NCBI GenBank assembly: GCA_964568035.1
Contig: CAZMPP010000001.1
Location: forward strand, 1 to 41,776
Direction of reading: 5' to 3'
Length of the DNA: 41,776 nt
Source of the DNA: an uncultured bacterium
GTDB taxonomy: Bacteria > Vulcanimicrobiota > Vulcanimicrobiia > Vulcanimicrobiales > Vulcanimicrobiaceae
Shown: positions 26,133-36,477 of the stretch, in pieces
Position numbering within the stretch: the stretch's first letter is position 1
How the letters are laid out: every line of letters begins with the position of its first letter
Translations under genes and position numbers: made by a program
Notes under the pieces: model-generated
Database searches by the model: none
What the model saw: the letters and a program-made list of their open reading frames with translations, nothing else
What the model was told of the DNA's origin: nothing

Positions 26133-26212
26133 CTTATCAGGTCAAGCGGCCGGCTTGAGCCGCCGCTTTCCCATTGCACCGAACTCGAAGAGGAGTTGAA
26201 GAGGAGTTACTG

Positions 26213-26668
26213 ATGTTTCGATGGGTTAACCTAGCCGCGACCCTAGCGATGCTGTCTCTACTTGCCGCTTGCAGTTCAGGCCAACAGGCAGGACCGAGCG
26301 TTGTACCCGCCGCGGCCGGTACTGGATTCCACCACGCGATGTCGCCCGATAAAGACTGCGCCGGCGCGAACGGCGTTACCGTGGCACCGTGTCCCGTGCA
26401 TTTGACCAAGCACACCAGGTCGGGCGTCCTCGTGACCGTGGGCGGTCCCGGCGTCGTGAGTTCTTCTCTGGGCCACATCAGCGGATGCTTTAGCGGCCAC
26501 AAGTGTTATAACGCCAAGCGCGAAGGCGGCAGCCAAACGCAGTGGCGTATTACGTCAGGCAGGTCTTGTGGGTCCGCCGATGTCGAATTCGACGCCATGA
26601 ACGCGAGCGGCCAGCAGGTCGGATACTACTTCCTGAAGGTCTCGAATAGGTATTGCCGCCGGCACTAA
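26213..26668 (+). CDS. Cys-rich lipoprotein of unknown function
   Basis: ATG 26213 lies 6 nt after GAGGAG. Lipobox LLAACSSG. The mature part has several Cys residues and a HHAM motif. I recognised no family. Confidence 0.7.
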   Translation: MFRWVNLAATLAMLSLLAACSSGQQAGPSVVPAAAGTGFHHAMSPDKDCAGANGVTVAPCPVHLTKHTRSGVLVTVGGPGVVSSSLGHISGCFSGHKCYNAKREGGSQTQWRITSGRSCGSADVEFDAMNASGQQVGYYFLKVSNRYCRRH

Positions 26669-26690
26669 GCGCCCAGCCCGCTAAAACAAC

Positions 26691-26722
26691 AAAGGGGACC
26701 GGCTGTGGCCGCTCCCCTTTTT
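26691..26722 (+). terminator. Rho-independent terminator after the 26213-26668 gene
   Basis: AAAGGGGACCGGC-TGTG-GCCGCTCCCC followed by TTTTT: a 10-position GC-rich stem with one mismatch, 23 nt after the stop codon. Confidence 0.7.
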
Positions 26723-26792
26723 CGTTGGCGAATCGGGGTCTCGCAGCGGTGCGGCGAAGGGAGACCATACCCCGCTGTAAATAGGAGAGCGC

Positions 26793-27299
26793 GTGCCCGA
26801 GATACGACTTCAGCGACCGTTGCGCGTCCCGGCCGATTCGGCCGCCGAAGCGCTGGCAGAGCTGCTCAAAGCGATCGCCGATCAGCAAGGGATGTGGCGT
26901 GGTTTTGCGCTGCACGTTGGTTTGGGGGAGCTGCATCTGCCCGACGTGGGCTATGTCGCGGTACCGATCGACCTGACCGTCGCGCGACTCGACGAGCCGC
27001 CGCGGACCTTCGATATCAGCTTCGTCGCCACGGGTTTGCCCTCAGCCTTTCCCGCGTTCACCGGAAAAATGAGCGTCGAGACCGCCGGTATGGGTGAGTC
27101 GATGTTGTTTCTGACCGGCTCGTACGAGCTCCCGATGCAGTTTTTCGGACGGTTTCTCGACGCCGCTTTGATGCCACGTGTCGCGCAACGATCGTTGGAG
27201 AACTTCGTCGACGAGATTGCCGCTGCATGTGTCGCGCGGGTGGATAAGCGTGAGGCCGAGTTCGCGCGTTACCACTTTTATGCGCAGACGATGCGATGA
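26793..27299 (+). CDS. Hypothetical cytoplasmic protein, translationally coupled to the downstream flavoprotein
   Basis: GTG 26793 lies 5 nt after AGGAG. 168 aa with no signal peptide. Its stop overlaps the next ATG (ATGA). I recognised no family. Confidence 0.6.
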   Translation: MPEIRLQRPLRVPADSAAEALAELLKAIADQQGMWRGFALHVGLGELHLPDVGYVAVPIDLTVARLDEPPRTFDISFVATGLPSAFPAFTGKMSVETAGMGESMLFLTGSYELPMQFFGRFLDAALMPRVAQRSLENFVDEIAAACVARVDKREAEFARYHFYAQTMR

Positions 27300-28498
27300 G
27301 CGCGCCGGGAACGTGCTGCATAGTTGGCGGAGGGCCGGCCGGAATGATGGCCGGCCTGCTTTTGGCTCGAGCCGGCGTGCGGGTGGTGCTGCTCGAAAAG
27401 CACGCCGACTTTCTGCGCGATTTTCGCGGCGATACGATCCATCCGTCGACTCTCGAGGTGATGGCTGAGCTCGGGATACTCGAATCGTTTCTGCGGCGTC
27501 CACACCAAGAGGTGACGATGCTCTCGGGAAACGTCGGCGATACGCTGGTCAAGGTGGCCGATTTCACCCATCTGCCGACGCGCTGCAAGTTCTTGGCCTT
27601 CATGCCGCAGTGGGACTTCCTTAGTTTTCTGGCCCAAGAAGCGGCGCGTTTCCCGAACTTCGATCTGCGCATGCAGACCCGCGCCGAGGGGTTGATTTGG
27701 GAAGGCGATCGCGTCGTGGGCGTGAGCGCGAGAAATCCTGACGGACCGGTCGAGGTGCGAGCGGACCTCACGATTGCCGCCGATGGCCGGGAGTCGCGCA
27801 TTCGAATCGACGCCGGCCTCACGCCGCTGGAGCTGGGCGCGCCGATGGACGTGCTCTGGCTGCGGCTAACGAAGCACGAAAGCGATCCGCACGAAACTTT
27901 CGGTTACATTCGCGGCGGCCGCATCATGGCGCTGATCGATCGCGGCTCTTACTGGCAGTGTGCGTACGTTATTCCAAAGGACACCCTCGCCGAGCTGCGC
28001 GAGCGTGGATTGGAAGCCTTCCGCAGCGAGATTGCGGCGATCGTCCCGTTTCTCCACGATCGCGTCCACGAACTCGTAGGTTGGGACGACGTCAAGCTCC
28101 TGACCGTGCGGGTGAATCGCCTGCGGCAATGGTCTCGCCCCGGGCTGCTCTGCATCGGCGATGCCGCGCACGCCATGTCGCCGATCGGCGGCGTCGGCAT
28201 CAACCTGGCGATTCAAGATGCCGTGGCGGCGGCGAACATACTCGGGCCGAGGCTTCGCGCAGGCGGCGTTACGATCGACGAACTTCGCGCCGTGCAGCGC
28301 CGGCGCGAGCCCGCGGCGCGCCGCACGCAGGCGTTGCAGCTCTTCATTCAGCGACGGATTATCGGTCGCGTCCTGCACGAAGGGCGTGCGCCGTTTTTAG
28401 GCGGTTTGCCCCGGCTGATCCGCTGGCTGCCGTTTCTACCGCGTATTCCCGGACATTTGGTGGGACTCGGGTTCCAGCCCGAGCACATTACGACGTAA
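27296..28498 (+). CDS. FAD-dependent monooxygenase/oxidoreductase (UbiH/PHBH-like)
   Basis: Dinucleotide-binding fingerprint CCIVGGGPAGMMAGLLLARAGVRVVLLEK and the second FAD fingerprint CIGDAAHAMSPIGGVGINLAIQDA. Confidence 0.85.
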   Translation: MSAPGTCCIVGGGPAGMMAGLLLARAGVRVVLLEKHADFLRDFRGDTIHPSTLEVMAELGILESFLRRPHQEVTMLSGNVGDTLVKVADFTHLPTRCKFLAFMPQWDFLSFLAQEAARFPNFDLRMQTRAEGLIWEGDRVVGVSARNPDGPVEVRADLTIAADGRESRIRIDAGLTPLELGAPMDVLWLRLTKHESDPHETFGYIRGGRIMALIDRGSYWQCAYVIPKDTLAELRERGLEAFRSEIAAIVPFLHDRVHELVGWDDVKLLTVRVNRLRQWSRPGLLCIGDAAHAMSPIGGVGINLAIQDAVAAANILGPRLRAGGVTIDELRAVQRRREPAARRTQALQLFIQRRIIGRVLHEGRAPFLGGLPRLIRWLPFLPRIPGHLVGLGFQPEHITT

Positions 28499-28907
28499 AG
28501 ACGATCCCGGCGCGCTGCACTTCTTGGTAGGGCAGCAGCCATACCATGGATTCGTCGTGCAGATCGACCACTTGCACGCGGTTGCCGAACGGATCGATGA
28601 AATCGCACCGGAACGGCGGGGTGAGTTTGATGCCGTACTTGCCGGTCAGCCTCTCGCGCACTTCCTCGAGCTGCGCAGCGTCGCGAACGATCAGTCCGAA
28701 GTGCCGTACCCGGCTAAGGTGCGGCTGTTTTGCTTCAAACATGGCCAGAAACTGGTGTTCGCCGATTTTGAAAAAGGCGTCGCCTTCGCCCTCGTCGAGC
28801 TTCTCGAGATTAAACACGTCCTGATAAAAGGCGACCGCTTTCTCGACGTCGTCTACCTCGATGGCGATGTGATTGATGCCGCATACCTTGACGCTCATGC
28901 TCGTCAC
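28488..28907 (-). CDS. VOC (glyoxalase/bleomycin-resistance/dioxygenase) family protein
   Basis: INHIAIEVDDVEKAVAFYQDVF and HFGLIV blocks are typical of VOC folds. The GTG at 28907 shares one base with the kinase TAG; an ATG at 28898 is an alternative start. Confidence 0.75.
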   Translation of the reverse strand: MTSMSVKVCGINHIAIEVDDVEKAVAFYQDVFNLEKLDEGEGDAFFKIGEHQFLAMFEAKQPHLSRVRHFGLIVRDAAQLEEVRERLTGKYGIKLTPPFRCDFIDPFGNRVQVVDLHDESMVWLLPYQEVQRAGIVFTS

Positions 28908-30256
28908 TACCCGCGAGGCAGCGCGATGGTTACTTGCGTCCCGGCGCCGGGCCGGCTTACGAGGGCGATCGTCCCGCCGCTACGCTGGACGGCGCGTTGC
29001 GCGATGGCGAGTCCCAAGCCGCTCCCCTCCGTCGTGCTTTTCGAATCGCCGCGGTAGAAGCGGTCGAAGGCGTGCTCGACATCCTGCGGCTCCATGCCGG
29101 GCCCTTCGTCGGCGACCGTCACTCGCACGTTCGCGTCGTCGCCTCGGACATCGACGACAACCGGCGACTTCGGTGCGTAACGCACCGCGTTCTCGATCGC
29201 GTTGCGCAGCGCTTCGTAAAGCTCGGATTCTTCGGCGAGTACGGCGTGCGGCCGGCCGTCACCGGTTACGACGATGCGTTCGTCGCCGGCTAATGGCGCC
29301 AGCGACTGCGCCGCGCGGTGTGCCAGCGCCGTAACGTCGATTTGTTCGGTGCGCGGCGCGGCCGGGCGTTCTAGTCGTGCCAGCACGATCAACTTGTCGA
29401 TGACGCCGCGCATCCTGCGGCTCTCGGCGAGCATCGTCGCATAGATCTGCGCGACGCCGTCGGGATCCGAAACGACCCGTTGCTCCAAGACTTCGAGATA
29501 TCCCATCACGACCGTCAGCGGTGTGCGCAACTCGTGTCCCGCGTCGGCGACGAACTGGCGCATCTGCGATTCGTTACGGTCGCGTTGCGCGGTCGCCGTG
29601 GTCAAACGATGGGCCAACTCGTTGTATGCGGCGGTGAGATCGTGCAAGTCGCCGTCACCGGCCGGCAGCGGTTGCGGCGTGAAATCGCCGGCGCCGATGC
29701 GGCGCAGTGCGAACGCGACGCGCTGCAACGGCGCGATGGCTAAACGCGCGATTCGCCGCCCGGCCAGCCATGCAATCAGCACCGCGAGCATTCCGATCGG
29801 CAGCACGACCAAGAGATAGCGGCCCAGCAATCGGGTGAAGCCCTCCAGATCCGGAGCGATGACGATCGTGCCCCCGGGAACCGGGACGACGGCGGGACGC
29901 AGCCCGAAGACGGCCGCCACGGCTCCCGTGAAGCGGCCGTCGGACGCGTGGCGCCGCGTGCTCTCGGCGAGCAGACGGCGGTCGTCGTCGTACGCCAAGA
30001 TGTGGGCGCGTGCGCCGCCGATCTCGTTAACCAGCATTGCGGCGTATGACGTCAAAGGTAACCGTTCGCGCTGATAGACCGCGGAACGCGTGGCGGCCCG
30101 CTGTGCGTAAGCTGCCATCGCGTCGTCGAGTGCGCCGACGTAGAGAAGAAACGCGAGGACGCTGGTGGTCGTTACGACGAGCAGAATCAACGCCACGGCA
30201 AGAATCACGTATCCACGCGTGAGCCGCGCCGCGAACGGCGCGAACGGCTCACGCAC
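28907..30256 (-). CDS. Sensor histidine kinase (two TM helices, HAMP, HisKA, HATPase_c)
   Basis: H-box HELRTPLT, N-box NAIENAVRYAP, G-boxes DEGPGM and GSGLGLAIA. The GTG start overlaps the response-regulator stop by 8 nt. Confidence 0.9.
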   Translation of the reverse strand: MREPFAPFAARLTRGYVILAVALILLVVTTTSVLAFLLYVGALDDAMAAYAQRAATRSAVYQRERLPLTSYAAMLVNEIGGARAHILAYDDDRRLLAESTRRHASDGRFTGAVAAVFGLRPAVVPVPGGTIVIAPDLEGFTRLLGRYLLVVLPIGMLAVLIAWLAGRRIARLAIAPLQRVAFALRRIGAGDFTPQPLPAGDGDLHDLTAAYNELAHRLTTATAQRDRNESQMRQFVADAGHELRTPLTVVMGYLEVLEQRVVSDPDGVAQIYATMLAESRRMRGVIDKLIVLARLERPAAPRTEQIDVTALAHRAAQSLAPLAGDERIVVTGDGRPHAVLAEESELYEALRNAIENAVRYAPKSPVVVDVRGDDANVRVTVADEGPGMEPQDVEHAFDRFYRGDSKSTTEGSGLGLAIAQRAVQRSGGTIALVSRPGAGTQVTIALPRG

Positions 30257-30913
30257 GTATCGTGTACCCGGCGCCGCGCACCGTTTGAATGAGCGGCCGG
30301 TCGAAGCCGTCGTCGACCTTTCCGCGCAGGTACGAAATGTAACGTTCGACGGCGCCGGTTCCGACGTCGGAATCGCCCCAAACTTCGTCGAGGAGCTCTT
30401 CGCGGGTAAAGACGCGCCGCGGACGGCGCATCAGCGTTACGAGCAGTGCGTACTCGAGCGGTGAAAGATCGAGGCGCCGGCCGTCGCGCTCGACGACGTG
30501 CTCTTCGAGATCGACGCTGAGCCCTTCGTACTCGAGCGCGGCCCGCTTCTCGAGATGCGGGCGGCGAAGCTTGGCGTCGACGTGCGCGAGCAGCTCGGAG
30601 ATCTCGAACGGCTTACTGATATAGTCGTCGGCGCCGTGGGCGAGGCTCTCGACTCTGTCCTCGAGCTCGCCGCGGGCGCTGAGCATTACGATCGGCGCAT
30701 CGGTGATCCGTCGCAGCGACGGTAAGAGCTCGATACCGCTCGCCTTGGGCATCATCACGTCGAGGACGATCAGATCGGGCGACCATTCGCGAACGAGCTC
30801 CAACGCCTCGGTGCCGTCGGCGGCGCAGCGAACCGCGAAACCGCGATGACCCAGCGCCAGCGAGAGTAATTCGCGAATATGCGGTTCGTCGTCGACGACG
30901 GCGATGCGATGGG

Positions 30914-30917
<4 letters not shown>
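30249..30917 (-). CDS. OmpR/PhoB-family response regulator
   Basis: The GTG at 30917 overlaps the permease TGA (GTGA) and gives MTHRIAVVDDEPHIRELL. Receiver Asp in LIVLDVMMP; winged-helix C terminus (YISYLRGKV, TVRGAGYTI). The upstream extension to 31061 lies inside the permease gene. Confidence 0.9.
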
Positions 30918-32127
<1,210 letters not shown>

Positions 32128-32131
<4 letters not shown>

Positions 32132-32829
32132 GCCGCCCGCCTTTCGTTGAGCACGTCGCCGGTGATGAGCCCGTCGCGGAACGTGACGATCCGCCGCGCA
32201 TAGGCGGCGACTTCGGGCTCGTGGGTGACCAGCATCACGGTCATACCCTGCTCCTCATTGAGCCGGGTGAAGAGACGCATGATATCCTGCGAGCTTTTTG
32301 TATCGAGCGCGCCGGTCGGCTCGTCGGCGAGGATGAGTCCCGGATCGTTGACCAGTGAGCGCGCGATCGCGACGCGCTGCTGTTGACCGCCCGACATCTG
32401 GTTCGAATTATGCGCCGCGAGTTGCGGTATGCCGACGAGGTCTAACTTCTCGAGCGCGATGCGCCGGCGTTCCGTTTCGTGGACGCCCGCATAGACCATC
32501 GGCAGCTCGACGTTATCGAGCGCGGTCGTGCGCGGCAACAGATTGTAGGCTTGGAAGACAAAACCCAAGCGGCGTCCGCGAATATCGGCGCGCGCGTCGG
32601 AGCTGAGGTGCGAAACGTCGCTGCCTTCGAAGGCGTAAATGCCCGCCGACGGCGTGTCGAGCAGGCCGACGATATGCATGAACGTCGACTTACCCGAACC
32701 CGATGGGCCCATGACGGCGACGAACTCGCCCGGCTGCAGCGTTAAGTCCACGCCGCGCAGCGCCTCCACGCGGCCTTCTCCCAATACGTACGTCTTGCAC
32801 AGAGCGGAGACTTGGACGACCGGCGTCAT
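32128..32829 (-). CDS. ABC transporter ATP-binding protein (MacB/LolD type)
   Basis: Walker A GPSGSGKST, signature MSGGQQQR, Walker B LILADEPT, H-loop VTHE. Its ATG directly abuts the upstream TAA. Confidence 0.9.
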
Positions 32830-34338
32830 TTAATGAATCCCCCGCATCGCTCCACCCGCGGGCGCGGCGCTCATCGGCGACCGCGTCGAACTCGCCGGAC
32901 GCGAACCGTTCTTGCGCGTGGATCCGATGACGACCGCATCGCCCGCGGACAGCGCGTTCCCGTCGAGCGGCTGTACTGCCGCCAACGTTCCGCTGGTAAG
33001 GGTTACGCGGACGCGGACCGGCGTGGGCTTGCCGTCGCGAGCGACGACGAGCCGTGCCTCGGAGCCCGCGGTGATTGCGCCGCCGCTTCCGGTGCTGACG
33101 TTACCCCATGGCGTCGTGGCCGGCGTCGAGGTATGCAGCGCGGCAATCGGTACGGTGAGCGCGTTAGTCGCACTGGCCACGGCGATCGTTGCATTGGCGG
33201 TCATGCCGGGCAAGAGTTTCCCCCCGCTGTTGGGGGCGTAGACGACCACGTCATAGGTCACGACGTTGTTGAGCGTCTGCGGATTGATACGAACCTGCGC
33301 TACCGTCCCGTGGAAGATTTCGTTGGGATGCGCCAGCACAGAAAACGATACGTCGTTCCCCGGCTTGACGTTGCCGATATCTGGCTCGCCGACGTTGATG
33401 TCGACTTCCATCTTGGAGAGGTTTTGCGCGATCGAGAACAGGGTCGGCGTCTGCAGCGAAGCGGCGACCGTCTGTCCCACCGAGACGTCGCGCGCCACGA
33501 CGGTACCGTCGACCGGTGAGGTGATCACCGTGTGCTCGACGTTGAGCTCGTCTTGACGCACCACCGCTTGGGCGGCGATGACGTTGGCCTGCGCCGCTTG
33601 GGTGCCGGCGGCCTGGCTCTGCGCCGTGGCCGAATCTTGGCTTATGGTTGCGTTGCCGGCGACGTTTTGCGCCTGGGCTTGAGCCACGGCGGCCTGCGCC
33701 GACGCGACGTCGCTTTCGTCTTGTGCGACGTTGGCGCGATCGGTGTCGACGGTGCTCTGCGCGACATAGCCCTGCGAAAGCAGTGCGGAGTCTCGCCCCG
33801 CGGTGGTGCGCGCGAGATTGAGAGCGGCTTGCGTCTTGGCGACATTGGCTTTGGCGGCCTCGATGGCGGCGGATTCGGCGGCGGCGTTCGCGCTGGCGAC
33901 GCCGATTACCGACACGGCGCTGTTGGCGCTCGCCGCGGCCTGCGCTACTTGAGCCTGCGCTTGCGCGAGCGCGGCTTGCGCTTGCGCCAGCTGCGCCTCA
34001 AACGAGCTGGGATCCAAGCGCGCCAGCACTTGTCCTTTACGGACCTTACTGTTGAAGTCGACGTTGATCGAAGAGATAGTGCCGGATACTTGCGTTCCGA
34101 CCGAGATTAGATTCTGCGGGTTGACGATTCCCGACGCCGTTACTGAGGCAACCAGCGTCTGCTGTGCGACCGGCACTGTCTCCAGCGGCGTTGCCGAACG
34201 CGCGTGCGCGACAACTCCGAGGACCATCGCGGCGCTCAGCAACAGGGCGGCTGCCACCCATCCCCATCGCGGAACCTTAGCCCAAAACGTTCCTAGGCCG
34301 GTGAGTCCCTTTGCGTTCGGTATCGTAATTGTTGACAT
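32830..34338 (-). CDS. Periplasmic adaptor / membrane fusion protein (HlyD/MacA family)
   Basis: N-terminal anchor helix, a long Ala/Gln coiled coil (AQLAQAQAALAQAQAQVAQ..), and barrel-sandwich and beta-barrel segments. It is the first gene of the efflux operon. Confidence 0.85.
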   Translation of the reverse strand: MSTITIPNAKGLTGLGTFWAKVPRWGWVAAALLLSAAMVLGVVAHARSATPLETVPVAQQTLVASVTASGIVNPQNLISVGTQVSGTISSINVDFNSKVRKGQVLARLDPSSFEAQLAQAQAALAQAQAQVAQAAASANSAVSVIGVASANAAAESAAIEAAKANVAKTQAALNLARTTAGRDSALLSQGYVAQSTVDTDRANVAQDESDVASAQAAVAQAQAQNVAGNATISQDSATAQSQAAGTQAAQANVIAAQAVVRQDELNVEHTVITSPVDGTVVARDVSVGQTVAASLQTPTLFSIAQNLSKMEVDINVGEPDIGNVKPGNDVSFSVLAHPNEIFHGTVAQVRINPQTLNNVVTYDVVVYAPNSGGKLLPGMTANATIAVASATNALTVPIAALHTSTPATTPWGNVSTGSGGAITAGSEARLVVARDGKPTPVRVRVTLTSGTLAAVQPLDGNALSAGDAVVIGSTRKNGSRPASSTRSPMSAAPAGGAMRGIH

Positions 34339-34427
34339 GGCTATCTCACCGTAGCCGCTTCACCTGATAACCAGTGGAGATTTTAGCCGCGCTGGTTAAT
34401 GCCGGGTTAGGGTAGAAGCAGGCTGAT

Positions 34428-34943
34428 ATGATTCGCGGAATTCTCATCGGAATCGTCGGGACGCTCGTCGTACTTGCGCTCGGCCTTTATAGCGGCATCA
34501 GAATGGGACTCATGCCGGCGAATGCCGACGCGCGGCCTTCGTCGATGGAGCGGTGGGCCGCCAGAACGTCGCTTCACGCGACGCTGGCGCGGGAACAGCC
34601 GACCGGGCCGGTGCCGATCCCGCTCACCGACGACAACCTGATCGCGGGTATCAAGCTCTACGCCGCGAACTGCGCGGTCTGCCACGGCGGCGCCGACGCC
34701 GCGCGTACGAAGATCGCGCGCGGCCTCTATCAGAAGCCGCCGCAACTCGGCAAAGATGGCGTCGAAGACGATCCGGAGGGAGAGACCTACTGGAAAGTGC
34801 AGCACGGCATCCGCCTTACGGGGATGCCGGCCTTTGGTGAGACGCTCGATGACGACCAGTTATGGCAGGTGACGCTTTTCCTCAAACATATGGACTCGCT
34901 GCCGCCTGCCGCCGAGCGCGCGTGGAAGGCGGTCAAAACCTAG
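34428..34943 (+). CDS. Membrane-anchored monohaem cytochrome c
   Basis: N-terminal TM helix (ILIGIVGTLVVLALGLY), one CAVCH haem site and a distal TGMPAF methionine. Confidence 0.8.
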   Translation: MIRGILIGIVGTLVVLALGLYSGIRMGLMPANADARPSSMERWAARTSLHATLAREQPTGPVPIPLTDDNLIAGIKLYAANCAVCHGGADAARTKIARGLYQKPPQLGKDGVEDDPEGETYWKVQHGIRLTGMPAFGETLDDDQLWQVTLFLKHMDSLPPAAERAWKAVKT

Positions 34944-34944
34944 C

Positions 34945-35472
34945 TTACGGGTTAGGCGTCGGCTCGATCTCGGTGGTTGGCTTGGCTGCGAAGATGTACT
35001 GATCGTTGGACGTTCCGTTGAAGGGTGCGGGGCTGGCTTGCAGATTCTGCATCGCAACGCCTGAGAGCACCGATGCCGTCTGAGGATAGACTTGTCCGCG
35101 GAAGGAGCCATCGGTATTCATCGTCGCCACGACGTGAAGCTTGCCTTCGGGGCCGGCGCCAATCCCGAGGTCGACGCTCGACGGACCGATATCAAACCAG
35201 ATGTAGTCGCCGTCGCGTCCGCCGACGACGTCGATAAAGAGCTTGTTGTACGACGTGTGATAGTAGCCGCGCAGATTGCCTGCCGGAAATATCTGAATGT
35301 CGAGCCTTCCCGTAATCGGATACGGGGACCCGTATGCCGACGTAATCGCGGTTTCGAACCGCAGATCTGTCGGTTGCGGCTGCTGAGCTGCCGCGCCGCG
35401 CGGTAACGTGACGAGTGCCGTACATGCGAGCGCAACACCGCTGAAGAACCGCAGAACCCTGGACCTTACCAT
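34945..35472 (-). CDS. Secreted protein of unknown function
   Basis: ATG 35472 is preceded by a GAGAGGAG Shine-Dalgarno. Signal peptide ..ALACTALVTLPRGAAAQ. I recognised no family. Confidence 0.7.
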   Translation of the reverse strand: MVRSRVLRFFSGVALACTALVTLPRGAAAQQPQPTDLRFETAITSAYGSPYPITGRLDIQIFPAGNLRGYYHTSYNKLFIDVVGGRDGDYIWFDIGPSSVDLGIGAGPEGKLHVVATMNTDGSFRGQVYPQTASVLSGVAMQNLQASPAPFNGTSNDQYIFAAKPTTEIEPTPNP

Positions 35473-35529
35473 GCTGACTCCTCTCGATTGACCTTTCTCA
35501 GGGAGTAGAGCGCTCGGGTTGGCGAGAAC

Positions 35530-36477
35530 GTGACCGGAGTGGTACAGCCTGCCGAAATAGACTTACGAGGGCTGCCCGCCTGGGAACGCCCCGATCTCGT
35601 CCGTAAAGCACTCGATCGTCTTCCCTCGGGCGCCTCGTTAACCCTCATCACCGAAAACGAGCCCCGTGCGCTCTCCCAACGCATCACCCAGGACCGAACC
35701 GACCGATTCGTGGTCGAGACCCGGCGGATCGCCAGCCGGGTTTGGCAGCTGCGGCTGACCCCTCGGTCGGGCGAGGCAATGGAGCGAAGCTCCTCGCAGC
35801 AGCACATCAGCCGTTGCCCTCCCTTTGCCGCTCTCGACGCCGGCGTGCGCGAGGAGCTGTCGGCCGCCGCGCTCTGGCAGACCGGTCGCCGCGGCCAAAC
35901 GCTCGTCGCCGACAACGTCGACTGGCCCTTTATCGGAATGGTCACGGAAGGGGTAGTGGCGCGCGCCAACGGCGGCGGTCGCGAGCGCGAGCGCATCCTT
36001 TATGAAATCTTTCCCTACGAGCTCTTCGGCGTTGCGGAGTATTTCGATCGCGGGCTCAAGATGGCGCGCATCGCGGTCTTCTCCAAGACCGCGCGCATTC
36101 TCAAGGTTCCGTGGGATGTCGTGTCCCGCATTGCGGCCCGCAATCCCGAGTTGACCCACGCGCTGGGCGTCGTTATGGCGCAACGCGTGCGTCTGCTCGC
36201 CGACGCACTTAGCGTTCAGGGCTCGCTGCCTATCCTCGGCCGCATCGCCCGCGTCTTGCTGCCCTACGCGATGCCCGATCGCGGACTCGTCCAGGCAGCC
36301 GCCGCGCTGTCGACGATAACGCAGTCGCAAATCGCTGCTGCGGGAGGCACGGTAAAGGAAGTCGCCGCGCGGGCAATCGCCGAGCTGGAATCGCGCAAAG
36401 CGTTACGGCGCGAGCACGGGCACATCCGGTATCTCGACCGCGAAGTGCTGCTCGAGCTCATCCAAGACGTTTCGTAA
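35530..36477 (+). CDS. DUF2249-like N-terminal domain fused to a Crp/FNR-family transcription regulator
   Basis: The N terminus IDLRGLPAWERPDLVRKALDRLPSGASLTLITENEPRAL fits the DUF2249 pattern. A cNMP-binding-type barrel (CPPFAALD..GMVTEGVV) and a C-terminal HTH (ITQSQIAAAGGTVKEVAARAIAELE) follow. Confidence 0.75.
   Translation: MTGVVQPAEIDLRGLPAWERPDLVRKALDRLPSGASLTLITENEPRALSQRITQDRTDRFVVETRRIASRVWQLRLTPRSGEAMERSSSQQHISRCPPFAALDAGVREELSAAALWQTGRRGQTLVADNVDWPFIGMVTEGVVARANGGGRERERILYEIFPYELFGVAEYFDRGLKMARIAVFSKTARILKVPWDVVSRIAARNPELTHALGVVMAQRVRLLADALSVQGSLPILGRIARVLLPYAMPDRGLVQAAAALSTITQSQIAAAGGTVKEVAARAIAELESRKALRREHGHIRYLDREVLLELIQDVS

Noticed and set aside
33560-34020. Repetitive GC-rich DNA (GCGCAGGC/GCCTGCGC-like runs) that looked like a tandem repeat.
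   Set aside because: It encodes the Ala/Gln heptad coiled coil of the membrane fusion protein. It is coding low-complexity sequence, not an independent repeat element.
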